Shown here piece after piece: positions 12,531-23,946 of a stretch of DNA of 64,000 bases (position 1 is the stretch's first letter; each line of letters starts with the position of its first letter). The notes below the pieces were generated by a model. That model ran no database searches. It was not told the origin of the DNA and saw only the letters and a list, made by a program, of their open reading frames with translations. Source of the stretch: Escherichia coli (GTDB lineage Bacteria; Pseudomonadota; Gammaproteobacteria; Enterobacterales; Enterobacteriaceae). The stretch is from the NCBI RefSeq assembly GCF_024223415.1, contig NZ_CP100500.1. One strand, written 5' to 3'. Both the position numbers and the translations under genes were made by a program.

Positions 12531-12927
12531 TGATGTGCCACATCCGGCATGGTATGCCGGATGTGGCGTATGCTGATAAGACGCGCCAGCGTCGCATCAG
12601 GCAACCGGCTTGGGTGTTAGATGTCGGATGCGGCGTAACCGACTTATTCGACCTACGGGGTGGAGCACTTCACAGCGGTGTAGGCCTGATAACACGCGTC
12701 AGCGTCGCATCAGGCAACCGGCTCGGGTGTTAGATGTCGGATGCGGCGTAACCGACTTATTCGACCTACGGGGTGGAGCACTTCACAGCGGTGTAGGCCT
12801 GATAAGACGCGTCAGCGTCGCATCAGGCAACCGGCTCGGACGTTGGATGTCGGATGCGGCGTAACCGCCTTATCCGACCTACGGGGTGGAGCACTTCACA
12901 GCGGTGTAGGCCTGATAACACGCGTCA
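12531..12927. repeat. BIME/REP tandem array (113-bp unit, three copies before the IS)
   Basis: The unit gcgtcgcatcaggcaaccggct.ggg.gttagatgtcggatgcggcgtaacc..cttat.cgacctacggggtggagcacttcacagcggtgtaggcctgataa.acgcgtca starts at 12589, 12702 and 12815. The ORFs at 12530-12995 in the track are translations of this repeat. Confidence 0.85.
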
Positions 12928-13451
12928 TGAACTGCACCCCAAATGTTGGACATAATCTGACATCTGAAGGTGCAGTTTATGAAACATTCATTTGAAGTAA
13001 AACTTGCCGCTGTAAATCATTACCTGGCCGGTCATGCAGGCATCATTTCTACGGCAAAACTCTTTCAACTTTCTCACACCAGCCTCTCACACTGGATTAA
13101 TCTTTTTCTTCTTCACGGTCCTCAGGCACTGGATTGCAGACACAAGCGTAGCTATTCTCCTGAAGATAAACTTTGCGTGGTTCTTTATGCTCTCGGGCAT
13201 TCTGAGTCTCTACCCCGGGTAGCTGCCCGGTTTAACATTCCCAGCCACAACATGGTTAAAAACTGGATAAAAGGCTACCGCAAATCTGGTAATGAGGCCT
13301 TTATCAGGCGCAGGAAGGAGAAAAGCATGACCCGTTCTGATGATACCCATGAAAACGAGGCAAACATGACGCCGGAAGAGATGAAGAATGAGCTGCGTTA
13401 TCTTCGCGCAGAAAATGCATATCTGAAAGCCATGCAGGAGCATCTCCTGGA

Positions 13452-14359
<908 letters not shown>

Positions 14360-14445
14360 GTCAGCGTCGCATCAGGCAACCGGCTCGGGCGTTAGATGTC
14401 GGATGCGGCGTGACCGCTTTATCCAACCTACGGGGTGCCGCACTT
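14360..14445. repeat. Continuation of the BIME/REP array (fourth unit, displaced by the IS)
   Basis: The sequence gtcagcgtcgcatcaggcaaccggctcgggcgttagatgtcggatgcggcgtgacc... resumes the 113-bp unit exactly where the IS interrupts it. Confidence 0.75.
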
Positions 14446-14454
14446 CACGGCAGT

Positions 14455-14943
14455 TTAGCGAACTACCGCGTTGTCAATTTTCTCTTCCGCCTTCCAGACG
14501 CGGTACTTCACATCTACATTGTCTGGCGTATACACCACGATCGGCAGCTTGCTGTTGTAACGCAGCATTCCAGCATCGCCCAGATACGCGGTGACAAATT
14601 TCTTCTCTTTCTTGCCATCCGGGCAGGCCATCATCGTGGAAACCGGCGAGCTAACTTTATCAAAGACATAATAATCATAGCCCCAGCCTTCCAGCGTTTT
14701 GCTTTCCAGCTTCCCGCCGAGACGATGCAAATTGCAATCGACTTCCAGCGTCTGACCGATTAACAGTTCTACTTTCAGGGTAGATTCATCTTCTTGCGGG
14801 GTTAACTGAATCACCTGACGCTTCATGCCTTTTTCAGCTTGTGGATAAGGCGCGATTTTTTCCAGTGGCTGGACGCTCTCTGCCGCCCAGGCGGAAGTGG
14901 TGGCGAAAGCGGCAAACAATACTGCAGGTAGAATGGTCTTCAT
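14455..14943 (-). CDS. eco: Ecotin, periplasmic serine-protease inhibitor
   Basis: This is a 162-aa ORF with a signal peptide ending SAWA and the reactive-site region [13 protein letters not shown]. Confidence 0.95.
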
Positions 14944-15201
14944 TTTTTGCTTTCCTTCTTCATTTATAGGTTTGCACCGATGATGTCGCTGAAGGTTAAC
15001 ATATTCATCAGATTTATTAATTTGCTTTATGAATAACTTAAAGAATATTCAGACAATTTTACCTGCTCTTTTAGTGTTAAATTCTGATGAGAGAGCAAAC
15101 CAGCAGAAATATCTCTGGTGAATTAATCGCTATATAAATATATTTATAACCATTTGAAATGTGAGCAAAAGCCCGTTTTTGCCACGCTTCCCGCCACTCT
15201 T

Positions 15202-15215
15202 TTGATCCTGCTACA
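15202..15215 (+). promoter_or_regulatory. Candidate FNR site of the napF promoter
   Basis: The sequence is TTGATCCTGCTACA, with the left half-site exact to the TTGAT-N4-ATCAA consensus. Its centre lies 20 bp upstream of the NarP/NarL site centre, as in the described napF control region. Confidence 0.55.
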
Positions 15216-15220
15216 GGTTT

Positions 15221-15236
15221 TACCTCGATCGGGGTA
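15221..15236 (+). promoter_or_regulatory. NarP/NarL 7-2-7 heptamer pair of the napF promoter
   Basis: TACCTCG-AT-CGGGGTA is an inverted pair of TACYYMT-type heptamers. Confidence 0.6.
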
Positions 15237-15349
15237 TGCATCTTTGACACATCCTTTAATATCTTAGCGGCTATAAAAATGGCTTATTAATTATGCGGTT
15301 TATTTGGTCGCTCTCAATTTTCAGAGCGCGTTAATGATGGAAGGTCAAT

Positions 15350-15844
15350 GTGAAGATTGATGCATCCCGTCGGGGCATACTCACTGGTCGCTGGCGCAAA
15401 GCCAGTAACGGTATCCGTCCGCCCTGGTCCGGTGATGAATCTCATTTTCTGACCCATTGCACCCGCTGCGACGCCTGTATTAATGCTTGTGAAAACAACA
15501 TCCTGCAACGCGGCGCGGGCGGCTATCCGAGCGTTAATTTCAAAAATAACGAGTGCAGCTTCTGTTACGCCTGCGCGCAGGCTTGCCCCGAATCGCTATT
15601 TTCTCCGCGCCACACCAGGGCCTGGGATTTGCAGTTCACCATTGGGGACGCGTGCCTGGCGTATCAGTCAGTTGAATGCCGCCGCTGTCAGGATAGCTGT
15701 GAGCCAATGGCAATTATCTTTCGCCCGACGCTCTCCGGGATCTACCAGCCGCAACTTAATAGCCAACTTTGCAACGGATGTGGAGCATGTGCAGCCAGCT
15801 GTCCGGTATCAGCCATAACTGCGGAGTATCTCCATGCACACTAA
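15350..15844 (+). CDS. napF: Ferredoxin-type protein NapF
   Basis: This is a 164-aa ORF with a GTG start and several CxxCxxCxxxCP 4Fe-4S motifs. It is the first gene of the nap operon. Confidence 0.9.
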   Translation: MKIDASRRGILTGRWRKASNGIRPPWSGDESHFLTHCTRCDACINACENNILQRGAGGYPSVNFKNNECSFCYACAQACPESLFSPRHTRAWDLQFTIGDACLAYQSVECRRCQDSCEPMAIIFRPTLSGIYQPQLNSQLCNGCGACAASCPVSAITAEYLHAH

Positions 15845-16097
15845 CTGGCAAGTTTGCAGCCTGGTCGTGCAGGCCAAAAGCGAACGAATTTCAGACATCA
15901 GCACCCAACTGAACGCCTTTCCCGGCTGTGAAGTTGCTGTCAGCGACGCGCCGAGCGGTCAGTTGATTGTGGTGGTGGAAGCAGAAGACAGCGAAACGCT
16001 GATCCAAACCATTGAGTCAGTACGCAACGTAGAGGGCGTGCTGGCGGTGTCGCTGGTTTATCACCAGCAGGAAGAGCAAGGTGAGGAAACACCATGA
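15834..16097 (+). CDS. napD: NapA chaperone NapD
   Basis: This is an 87-aa ORF that overlaps napF and napA (translational coupling). Confidence 0.9.
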   Translation: MHTNWQVCSLVVQAKSERISDISTQLNAFPGCEVAVSDAPSGQLIVVVEAEDSETLIQTIESVRNVEGVLAVSLVYHQQEEQGEETP

Positions 16098-18580
16098 AAC
16101 TCAGTCGTCGTAGCTTTATGAAAGCTAACGCCGTTGCGGCCGCTGCGGCGGCTGCCGGTCTCAGCGTGCCGGGCGTTGCCCGCGCCGTTGTTGGTCAGCA
16201 GGAAGCCATTAAATGGGACAAAGCGCCGTGCCGTTTCTGCGGTACTGGTTGCGGCGTTCTGGTCGGAACGCAGCAGGGGCGTGTGGTGGCCTGTCAGGGC
16301 GACCCGGACGCACCGGTTAACCGTGGCCTGAACTGCATTAAGGGCTATTTCCTGCCCAAGATCATGTACGGTAAAGACCGTTTGACGCAGCCGCTGCTGC
16401 GTATGAAAAACGGTAAATATGACAAAGAAGGCGAATTTACCCCAATCACCTGGGATCAAGCCTTCGATGTGATGGAAGAGAAATTCAAAACCGCCCTGAA
16501 AGAAAAAGGGCCGGAATCGATCGGTATGTTCGGTTCTGGTCAGTGGACTATCTGGGAAGGTTATGCCGCGTCCAAGCTGTTTAAAGCGGGCTTCCGTTCG
16601 AACAACATCGACCCGAACGCGCGTCACTGTATGGCGTCGGCAGTAGTTGGCTTTATGCGTACCTTTGGTATGGATGAGCCGATGGGCTGCTATGACGACA
16701 TCGAGCAGGCTGACGCGTTTGTGCTGTGGGGTGCAAACATGGCGGAGATGCACCCGATCCTCTGGTCACGCATCACTAACCGTCGTCTCTCTAACCAGGA
16801 CGTCACCGTGGCGGTGCTTTCAACCTACCAGCATCGTAGCTTCGAGCTGGCGGATAACGGCATCATCTTTACGCCACAGTCTGACCTGGTGATCCTGAAC
16901 TACATCGCCAATTATATCATTCAAAACAATGCGATAAATCAGGACTTCTTCAGCAAACACGTTAACCTGCGCAAAGGGGCGACGGACATCGGCTACGGTT
17001 TACGTCCGACCCATCCGCTGGAAAAAGCAGCGAAGAATCCGGGTTCTGACGCCTCCGAACCGATGAGCTTTGAAGATTACAAAGCCTTCGTTGCTGAGTA
17101 TACGCTGGAAAAAACCGCTGAAATGACTGGCGTACCAAAAGATCAGCTGGAACAACTGGCGCAGCTGTATGCCGATCCGAACAAGAAAGTCATCTCCTAC
17201 TGGACGATGGGCTTCAACCAGCATACTCGTGGCGTGTGGGCCAACAACCTGGTCTACAACCTGCACCTGCTGACCGGCAAAATTTCCCAGCCGGGTTGCG
17301 GTCCGTTCTCCCTGACCGGGCAGCCTTCCGCGTGTGGTACTGCGCGTGAAGTGGGCACCTTTGCTCACCGTCTGCCTGCGGACATGGTGGTAACTAACGA
17401 GAAACATCGTGATATCTGCGAGAAGAAGTGGAATATCCCGAGCGGCACCATTCCGGCAAAAATCGGTCTGCACGCGGTGGCACAAGACCGTGCGCTGAAA
17501 GACGGCAAGCTGAATGTTTACTGGACCATGTGTACCAACAACATGCAGGCCGGGCCGAACATTAATGAAGAGCGTATGCCGGGCTGGCGCGATCCGCGCA
17601 ACTTCATCATCGTCTCCGATCCGTATCCGACAGTCAGTGCGCTGGCAGCGGACTTGATCCTGCCGACCGCAATGTGGGTAGAGAAAGAGGGCGCTTACGG
17701 TAACGCCGAACGCCGTACTCAGTTCTGGCGTCAGCAGGTACAGGCGCCAGGCGAAGCGAAATCGGACCTCTGGCAGTTAGTCCAGTTCTCCCGCCGCTTC
17801 AAAACTGAAGAAGTATGGCCGGAAGAGCTGCTGGCGAAGAAACCGGAACTGCGTGGCAAAACGCTGTACGAAGTTCTGTATGCCACCCCCGAAGTGAGCA
17901 AATTCCCGGTATCCGAACTGGCGGAAGATCAGCTGAACGATGAATCACGCGAGCTGGGCTTCTATCTGCAAAAAGGGCTGTTCGAAGAGTACGCATGGTT
18001 TGGTCGCGGTCACGGTCACGATCTCGCGCCGTTTGATGACTACCACAAAGCGCGCGGTCTGCGCTGGCCGGTGGTGAACGGTAAAGAAACGCAGTGGCGT
18101 TACAGCGAAGGTAACGACCCGTACGTGAAAGCGGGCGAAGGCTATAAGTTCTACGGTAAACCGGATGGTAAAGCGGTGATCTTCGCGCTGCCGTTCGAAC
18201 CGGCGGCAGAAGCACCGGATGAAGAGTACGACCTGTGGCTCTCTACCGGACGCGTCCTGGAGCACTGGCACACCGGCAGTATGACTCGCCGTGTGCCGGA
18301 ACTGCACCGCGCCTTCCCGGAAGCGGTCCTGTTTATTCACCCGCTGGATGCGAAAGCGCGCGATCTGCGCCGTGGCGACAAAGTGAAAGTGGTTTCTCGC
18401 CGTGGCGAAGTGATCTCGATTGTCGAAACGCGCGGTCGTAACCGTCCGCCGCAGGGCCTGGTGTACATGCCGTTCTTCGACGCCGCACAGCTGGTTAACA
18501 AACTGACGCTGGATGCGACCGATCCGCTCTCGAAAGAGACGGACTTCAAGAAGTGCGCGGTCAAACTGGAGAAGGTGTAA
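16094..18580 (+). CDS. napA: Periplasmic nitrate reductase catalytic subunit NapA
   Basis: This is an 828-aa ORF with the twin-arginine signal [19 protein letters not shown], the N-terminal 4Fe-4S motif CRFCGTGCG and a molybdopterin oxidoreductase fold. Confidence 0.96.
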   Translation: MKLSRRSFMKANAVAAAAAAAGLSVPGVARAVVGQQEAIKWDKAPCRFCGTGCGVLVGTQQGRVVACQGDPDAPVNRGLNCIKGYFLPKIMYGKDRLTQPLLRMKNGKYDKEGEFTPITWDQAFDVMEEKFKTALKEKGPESIGMFGSGQWTIWEGYAASKLFKAGFRSNNIDPNARHCMASAVVGFMRTFGMDEPMGCYDDIEQADAFVLWGANMAEMHPILWSRITNRRLSNQDVTVAVLSTYQHRSFELADNGIIFTPQSDLVILNYIANYIIQNNAINQDFFSKHVNLRKGATDIGYGLRPTHPLEKAAKNPGSDASEPMSFEDYKAFVAEYTLEKTAEMTGVPKDQLEQLAQLYADPNKKVISYWTMGFNQHTRGVWANNLVYNLHLLTGKISQPGCGPFSLTGQPSACGTAREVGTFAHRLPADMVVTNEKHRDICEKKWNIPSGTIPAKIGLHAVAQDRALKDGKLNVYWTMCTNNMQAGPNINEERMPGWRDPRNFIIVSDPYPTVSALAADLILPTAMWVEKEGAYGNAERRTQFWRQQVQAPGEAKSDLWQLVQFSRRFKTEEVWPEELLAKKPELRGKTLYEVLYATPEVSKFPVSELAEDQLNDESRELGFYLQKGLFEEYAWFGRGHGHDLAPFDDYHKARGLRWPVVNGKETQWRYSEGNDPYVKAGEGYKFYGKPDGKAVIFALPFEPAAEAPDEEYDLWLSTGRVLEHWHTGSMTRRVPELHRAFPEAVLFIHPLDAKARDLRRGDKVKVVSRRGEVISIVETRGRNRPPQGLVYMPFFDAAQLVNKLTLDATDPLSKETDFKKCAVKLEKV

Positions 18581-18586
18581 GCCATT

Positions 18587-19282
18587 ATGTCCCGGTCAGC
18601 GAAACCTCAAAATGGCCGCCGCCGCTTTCTGCGCGATGTCGTTCGCACAGCAGGCGGGCTGGCTGCCGTGGGTGTGGCGCTGGGGTTACAACAGCAAACC
18701 GCACGCGCATCTGGCGTGCGGTTGCGCCCGCCCGGAGCCATAAACGAGAACGCCTTTGCCAGTGCCTGTGTGCGTTGCGGTCAGTGTGTTCAGGCTTGCC
18801 CTTACGACACCTTAAAACTGGCGACGCTGGCTTCTGGCCTGTCGGCGGGCACGCCATATTTTGTCGCACGGGATATTCCTTGCGAAATGTGTGAGGACAT
18901 TCCGTGCGCCAAAGTGTGCCCGAGCGGTGCGCTGGATCGTGAGATCGAATCGATCGACGAAGCGCGGATGGGGCTGGCGGTACTGGTGGACCAGGAAAAC
19001 TGTCTCAACTTTCAGGGGCTGCGCTGCGATGTTTGTTATCGCGAATGCCCGAAAATTGATGAGGCCATCACCCTAGAGCTGGAGCGCAACACGCGTACCG
19101 GTAAGCACGCCCGCTTTCTGCCGACGGTTCACAGCGACGCCTGTACCGGCTGCGGTAAGTGCGAAAAAGTGTGCGTGCTGGAACAACCGGCAATCAAGGT
19201 GTTACCGCTGTCACTGGCGAAAGGGGAGTTAGGTCACCATTACCGCTTCGGCTGGCTGGAGGGGAACAATGGCAAATCGTAA
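18587..19282 (+). CDS. napG: Ferredoxin-type NapG
   Basis: This is a 231-aa ORF with a Tat-like RRRFLR signal and four Cys clusters. Confidence 0.92.
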   Translation: MSRSAKPQNGRRRFLRDVVRTAGGLAAVGVALGLQQQTARASGVRLRPPGAINENAFASACVRCGQCVQACPYDTLKLATLASGLSAGTPYFVARDIPCEMCEDIPCAKVCPSGALDREIESIDEARMGLAVLVDQENCLNFQGLRCDVCYRECPKIDEAITLELERNTRTGKHARFLPTVHSDACTGCGKCEKVCVLEQPAIKVLPLSLAKGELGHHYRFGWLEGNNGKS

Positions 19283-20132
19283 ACGTGACGCCGGGCGCGA
19301 GGCGCTGGAGAAAAAAGGCTGGTGGCGCAGTCACCGTTGGCTGGTGTTACGTCGCCTTTGTCAGTTCTTCGTGCTGGGGATGTTTTTTAGCGGTCCGTGG
19401 TTTGGTGTGTGGATCTTGCACGGCAACTACAGCAGTAGCCTGTTATTCGACACCGTTCCGCTGACCGATCCGCTGATGACGCTGCAAAGTCTTGCCAGTG
19501 GTCATCTGCCTGCCACGGTGGCGTTGACCGGTGCGGTGATTATCACCGTGCTCTACGCCCTGGCAGGAAAGCGATTATTTTGCAGCTGGGTCTGCCCGCT
19601 GAACCCGATTACCGACTTAGCGAACTGGTTACGCAGGCGCTTTGACCTCAATCAGTCTGCGACGATCCCTCGCCACATTCGCTACGTGCTGTTGGTGGTC
19701 ATTCTGGTGGGATCAGCCTTAACTGGCACGCTCATCTGGGAATGGATCAACCCCGTTTCCCTGATGGGGCGTAGCCTGGTAATGGGCTTCGGCAGCGGCG
19801 CGCTGCTTATTCTCGCGCTGTTTTTATTTGATCTACTGGTCGTTGAACACGGCTGGTGCGGGCACATTTGTCCGGTTGGCGCGCTGTATGGCGTGCTGGG
19901 TAGCAAAGGTGTGATTACCGTTGCGGCCAGCGATCGGCAGAAATGTAACCGCTGTATGGATTGTTTTCATGTTTGCCCGGAACCGCATGTGCTACGTGCC
20001 CCGGTGCTGGATGAACAAAGCCCGGTGCAGGTCACCAGCCGCGATTGCATGACGTGCGGTCGCTGCGTGGATGTCTGTTCTGAGGATGTATTTACAATAA
20101 CTACACGATGGAGTTCGGGAGCGAAATCATGA
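19269..20132 (+). CDS. napH: Membrane ferredoxin-type NapH
   Basis: This is a 287-aa ORF with transmembrane segments and C-terminal CxxCxxCxxxCP motifs. Confidence 0.92.
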   Translation: MANRKRDAGREALEKKGWWRSHRWLVLRRLCQFFVLGMFFSGPWFGVWILHGNYSSSLLFDTVPLTDPLMTLQSLASGHLPATVALTGAVIITVLYALAGKRLFCSWVCPLNPITDLANWLRRRFDLNQSATIPRHIRYVLLVVILVGSALTGTLIWEWINPVSLMGRSLVMGFGSGALLILALFLFDLLVVEHGWCGHICPVGALYGVLGSKGVITVAASDRQKCNRCMDCFHVCPEPHVLRAPVLDEQSPVQVTSRDCMTCGRCVDVCSEDVFTITTRWSSGAKS

Positions 20133-20578
20133 AAAGCCATGACCTGAAGAAAGCGCTGTGTCAATGGACGGCGATGCTGGCCCTGGTGGTAAGCGGCGCG
20201 GTTTGGGCGGCTAATGGCGTCGATTTTAGCCAGTCGCCGGAAGTATCCGGGACGCAGGAAGGGGCCATTCGGATGCCAAAAGAGCAGGATCGGATGCCGC
20301 TGAACTATGTGAATCAGCCGCCAATGATCCCGCATAGCGTTGAAGGTTATCAGGTAACGACCAATACCAACCGCTGCTTGCAGTGCCACGGTGTCGAAAG
20401 CTATCGCACCACTGGCGCGCCGCGTATCAGTCCTACTCACTTTATGGACAGCGACGGCAAAGTGGGCGCGGAAGTGGCTCCGCGTCGTTATTTCTGTCTG
20501 CAATGTCACGTACCGCAGGCCGATACCGCGCCAATCGTGGGGAATACCTTTACCCCATCAAAAGGTTACGGGAAATAA
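20129..20578 (+). CDS. napB: Dihaem cytochrome c NapB
   Basis: The ORF is 20108..20578. The accepted start MKSHDLKK is at 20129. It has two CxxCH motifs (CLQCH twice). Confidence 0.9.
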   Translation: MKSHDLKKALCQWTAMLALVVSGAVWAANGVDFSQSPEVSGTQEGAIRMPKEQDRMPLNYVNQPPMIPHSVEGYQVTTNTNRCLQCHGVESYRTTGAPRISPTHFMDSDGKVGAEVAPRRYFCLQCHVPQADTAPIVGNTFTPSKGYGK

Positions 20579-20587
20579 GAGGTTATT

Positions 20588-21190
20588 ATGGGAAATTCTG
20601 ACCGTAAGCCTGGTCTGATTAAGCGCCTGTGGAAATGGTGGCGTACCCCCAGCCGTCTGGCGCTGGGGACGCTGCTGTTGATCGGTTTTGTCGGCGGCAT
20701 CGTCTTCTGGGGCGGCTTTAACACCGGGATGGAAAAAGCCAATACCGAAGAGTTCTGCATTAGCTGCCACGAAATGCGTAACACGGTGTATCAGGAATAC
20801 ATGGATTCCGTGCACTACAACAACCGTAGCGGCGTCCGTGCGACCTGTCCGGATTGTCACGTTCCGCACGAGTTTGTGCCGAAGATGATACGCAAGCTCA
20901 AAGCAAGTAAAGAGCTGTATGGTAAAATTTTTGGCGTTATTGACACGCCGCAGAAATTTGAAGCTCATCGTCTGACGATGGCACAGAATGAGTGGCGGCG
21001 CATGAAGGACAATAACTCGCAGGAGTGCCGTAACTGTCACAACTTCGAGTATATGGATACAACCGCCCAGAAATCGGTTGCCGCGAAGATGCATGACCAG
21101 GCGGTGAAAGATGGGCAAACCTGTATTGATTGCCATAAAGGGATAGCGCACAAGCTGCCCGATATGCGTGAAGTCGAGCCAGGTTTTTAA
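20588..21190 (+). CDS. napC: Tetrahaem cytochrome c NapC (NapC/NirT family)
   Basis: This is a 200-aa ORF with an N-terminal transmembrane anchor and four CxxCH motifs (CISCH, CPDCH, CRNCH, CIDCH). Confidence 0.95.
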   Translation: MGNSDRKPGLIKRLWKWWRTPSRLALGTLLLIGFVGGIVFWGGFNTGMEKANTEEFCISCHEMRNTVYQEYMDSVHYNNRSGVRATCPDCHVPHEFVPKMIRKLKASKELYGKIFGVIDTPQKFEAHRLTMAQNEWRRMKDNNSQECRNCHNFEYMDTTAQKSVAAKMHDQAVKDGQTCIDCHKGIAHKLPDMREVEPGF

Positions 21191-21202
21191 CAGGGTTATT
21201 GC

Positions 21203-21826
21203 GTGGGTATGCTTGAAGTCAGAGAGTTACTTTGTGAGCGGGATGAACGAACCTTATTTAGTGGCTTGTCATTTACGCTGAACGCAGGAGAGTGGGTACA
21301 AATCACCGGTAGCAACGGCGCGGGGAAGACAACGCTTCTCCGTTTGCTGACGGGGTTGTCTCGCCCTGACGCAGGCGAGGTTCTCTGGCAAGGGCAGCCC
21401 TTGCATCAGGTACGCGACAGCTACCATCAAAACCTGTTATGGATAGGCCATCAGCCGGGGATCAAAACCCGGCTGACGGCGTTAGAAAATCTGCACTTTT
21501 ATCATCGCGATGGCGATACCGCACAATGTCTGGAAGCCCTGGCGCAGGCCGGGCTTGCCGGATTCGAAGATATTCCGGTAAATCAACTTTCTGCCGGGCA
21601 ACAACGCCGCGTCGCTTTAGCGCGTCTGTGGCTGACCCGTGCCACGTTATGGATCCTCGACGAGCCTTTTACCGCGATTGACGTCAACGGCGTCGATCGT
21701 CTGACCCAGCGTATGGCGCAGCATACGGAGCAGGGGGGGATTGTGATTCTGACTACCCACCAGCCGCTCAACGTTGCTGAAAGTAAAATTCGCCGCATTT
21801 CACTGACGCAAACGAGGGCTGCATGA
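21203..21826 (+). CDS. ccmA: Haem exporter ATPase CcmA
   Basis: This is a 207-aa ORF with Walker A GSNGAGKT, the signature LSAGQQRR and Walker B LWILDEP. Confidence 0.93.
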   Translation: MGMLEVRELLCERDERTLFSGLSFTLNAGEWVQITGSNGAGKTTLLRLLTGLSRPDAGEVLWQGQPLHQVRDSYHQNLLWIGHQPGIKTRLTALENLHFYHRDGDTAQCLEALAQAGLAGFEDIPVNQLSAGQQRRVALARLWLTRATLWILDEPFTAIDVNGVDRLTQRMAQHTEQGGIVILTTHQPLNVAESKIRRISLTQTRAA

Positions 21827-22485
21827 TGTTCTGGCGCATTTTCCGTCTTGAGCTGCGCGTAGCGTTTCGCCATAGCGCCGAAATCGCCAACCCGCTGTGG
21901 TTCTTCCTGATTGTAATTACCCTTTTTCCGCTCAGTATCGGTCCGGAGCCGCAACTGCTGGCGCGTATTGCACCGGGCATTATCTGGGTTGCTGCGCTGC
22001 TTTCATCCTTGCTGGCGCTGGAACGACTGTTCCGTGACGATTTGCAGGACGGCAGTCTTGAACAATTGATGTTGTTGCCGTTACCCTTGCCCGCCGTTGT
22101 GCTGGCGAAGGTGATGGCGCACTGGATGGTAACCGGTCTGCCGTTACTCATCCTTTCGCCCCTGGTAGCAATGCTACTGGGAATGGATGTTTATGGCTGG
22201 CAAGTGATGGCGTTAACGCTACTGCTGGGAACGCCTACGCTTGGCTTTCTTGGTGCACCGGGCGTGGCGCTGACAGTGGGACTTAAGCGCGGTGGTGTGC
22301 TGCTCAGCATACTGGTGTTACCGCTGACTATCCCATTACTCATCTTTGCCACCGCCGCGATGGACGCGGCTTCTATGCATTTGCCCGTTGACGGGTATCT
22401 GGCAATTTTAGGCGCGTTGCTGGCAGGCACCGCGACATTAAGTCCTTTTGCGACGGCGGCAGCGTTACGAATCAGCATTCAATAA
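21823..22485 (+). CDS. ccmB: Haem exporter permease CcmB
   Basis: This is a 220-aa polytopic membrane ORF that overlaps the ccmA stop. Confidence 0.93.
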
Positions 22486-22526
22486 CGCTGGATTACTGAT
22501 TTTTGTTCGAGTCTGGTATCGAAACT

Positions 22527-23264
22527 ATGTGGAAAACACTGCATCAACTGGCGATCCCACCACGGCTGTATCAAATCTGTGGCTGGTTTATACCGTGGCT
22601 GGCAATTGCCAGTGTGGTCGTGCTTACCGTCGGCTGGATCTGGGGATTCGGCTTTGCTCCGGCTGATTATCAACAGGGAAATAGCTACCGCATTATTTAC
22701 CTGCATGTGCCTGCGGCGATCTGGTCGATGGGCATTTATGCATCAATGGCGGTGGCGGCGTTTATTGGCCTTGTCTGGCAGATGAAAATGGCCAACCTGG
22801 CGGTGGCGGCGATGGCCCCCATTGGTGCCGTGTTTACCTTTATTGCCCTGGTTACCGGCTCTGCATGGGGAAAACCGATGTGGGGCACCTGGTGGGTATG
22901 GGATGCACGTCTGACTTCTGAACTGGTGCTGCTGTTTTTGTATGTGGGTGTGATTGCCCTGTGGCACGCCTTCGACGACCGCCGTCTGGCGGGCCGTGCG
23001 GCAGGTATCCTGGTGCTGATTGGCGTGGTGAATCTGCCGATTATTCATTACTCCGTGGAGTGGTGGAACACCCTGCATCAGGGATCAACGCGGATGCAGC
23101 AAAGTATCGATCCGGCGATGCGTTCGCCGCTGCGCTGGTCGATTTTTGGCTTCCTGCTCCTGTCTGCCACGCTGACGCTGATGCGGATGCGTAATTTGAT
23201 TTTGCTGATGGAAAAACGCCGTCCGTGGGTGAGTGAACTGATACTGAAAAGAGGCCGTAAATGA
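22527..23264 (+). CDS. ccmC: Haem lyase/exporter subunit CcmC
   Basis: The ORF is 22503..23264. The accepted start is MWKTLHQLAIPPRLYQ at 22527. It carries the WGxxWxWD tryptophan-rich motif (WGKPMWGTWWVWDARL). Confidence 0.92.
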   Translation: MWKTLHQLAIPPRLYQICGWFIPWLAIASVVVLTVGWIWGFGFAPADYQQGNSYRIIYLHVPAAIWSMGIYASMAVAAFIGLVWQMKMANLAVAAMAPIGAVFTFIALVTGSAWGKPMWGTWWVWDARLTSELVLLFLYVGVIALWHAFDDRRLAGRAAGILVLIGVVNLPIIHYSVEWWNTLHQGSTRMQQSIDPAMRSPLRWSIFGFLLLSATLTLMRMRNLILLMEKRRPWVSELILKRGRK

Positions 23265-23470
23265 CCCCTGCATTTGCTTCCTGGAATGAATTTTTCGCAA
23301 TGGGCGGTTACGCCTTTTTTGTCTGGCTGGCGGTGGTGATGACCGTTATTCCGCTGGTGGTTTTGGTCGTGCACTCGGTGATGCAGCATCGCGCAATTCT
23401 GCGTGGTGTGGCGCAACAGCGGGCGCGTGAGGCGCGTTTACGTGCTGCGCAACAGCAGGAGGCTGCATGA
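23261..23470 (+). CDS. ccmD: CcmD
   Basis: This is a 69-aa single-transmembrane ORF coupled between ccmC and ccmE. Confidence 0.9.
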
Positions 23471-23946
23471 ATATTCGCCGTAAAAACCGCTTGTGGATTG
23501 CCTGTGCCGTGTTGGCAGGGCTGGCGCTGACTATCGGTCTGGTGCTATATGCGCTGCGCTCGAATATCGATCTCTTTTATACGCCGGGGGAAATTCTCTA
23601 CGGCAAGCGTGAAACTCAGCAGATGCCGGAAGTCGGTCAGCGTCTGCGCGTTGGCGGGATGGTGATGCCGGGTAGCGTGCAGCGCGATCCCAATTCGCTG
23701 AAAGTGACCTTCACCATTTACGATGCTGAAGGCTCAGTGGATGTCTCTTACGAAGGCATTTTGCCGGATCTGTTCCGTGAAGGGCAGGGCGTTGTGGTGC
23801 AGGGCGAGCTGGAAAAAGGCAATCATATCCTCGCAAAAGAAGTGCTGGCGAAACATGATGAAAATTATACGCCGCCAGAAGTTGAGAAAGCGATGGAAGC
23901 TAACCATCGTCGCCCGGCGAGTGTTTATAAGGACCCAGCATCATGA
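23467..23946 (+). CDS. ccmE: Haem chaperone CcmE
   Basis: This is a 159-aa ORF with a membrane anchor and the haem-binding region [13 protein letters not shown]. Confidence 0.94.

Noticed and set aside
16061-16753. 230-aa minus-strand ORF, and similar long antisense ORFs at 19967-20509, 20558-21151, 24635-25384, 39311-40242 (part) and 45219-45863
   Set aside because: They lie antisense within well-supported genes (napA, napH/napB, napC, ccmF, yejK). They have R/H/Q-rich shadow-frame composition and no independent signals.
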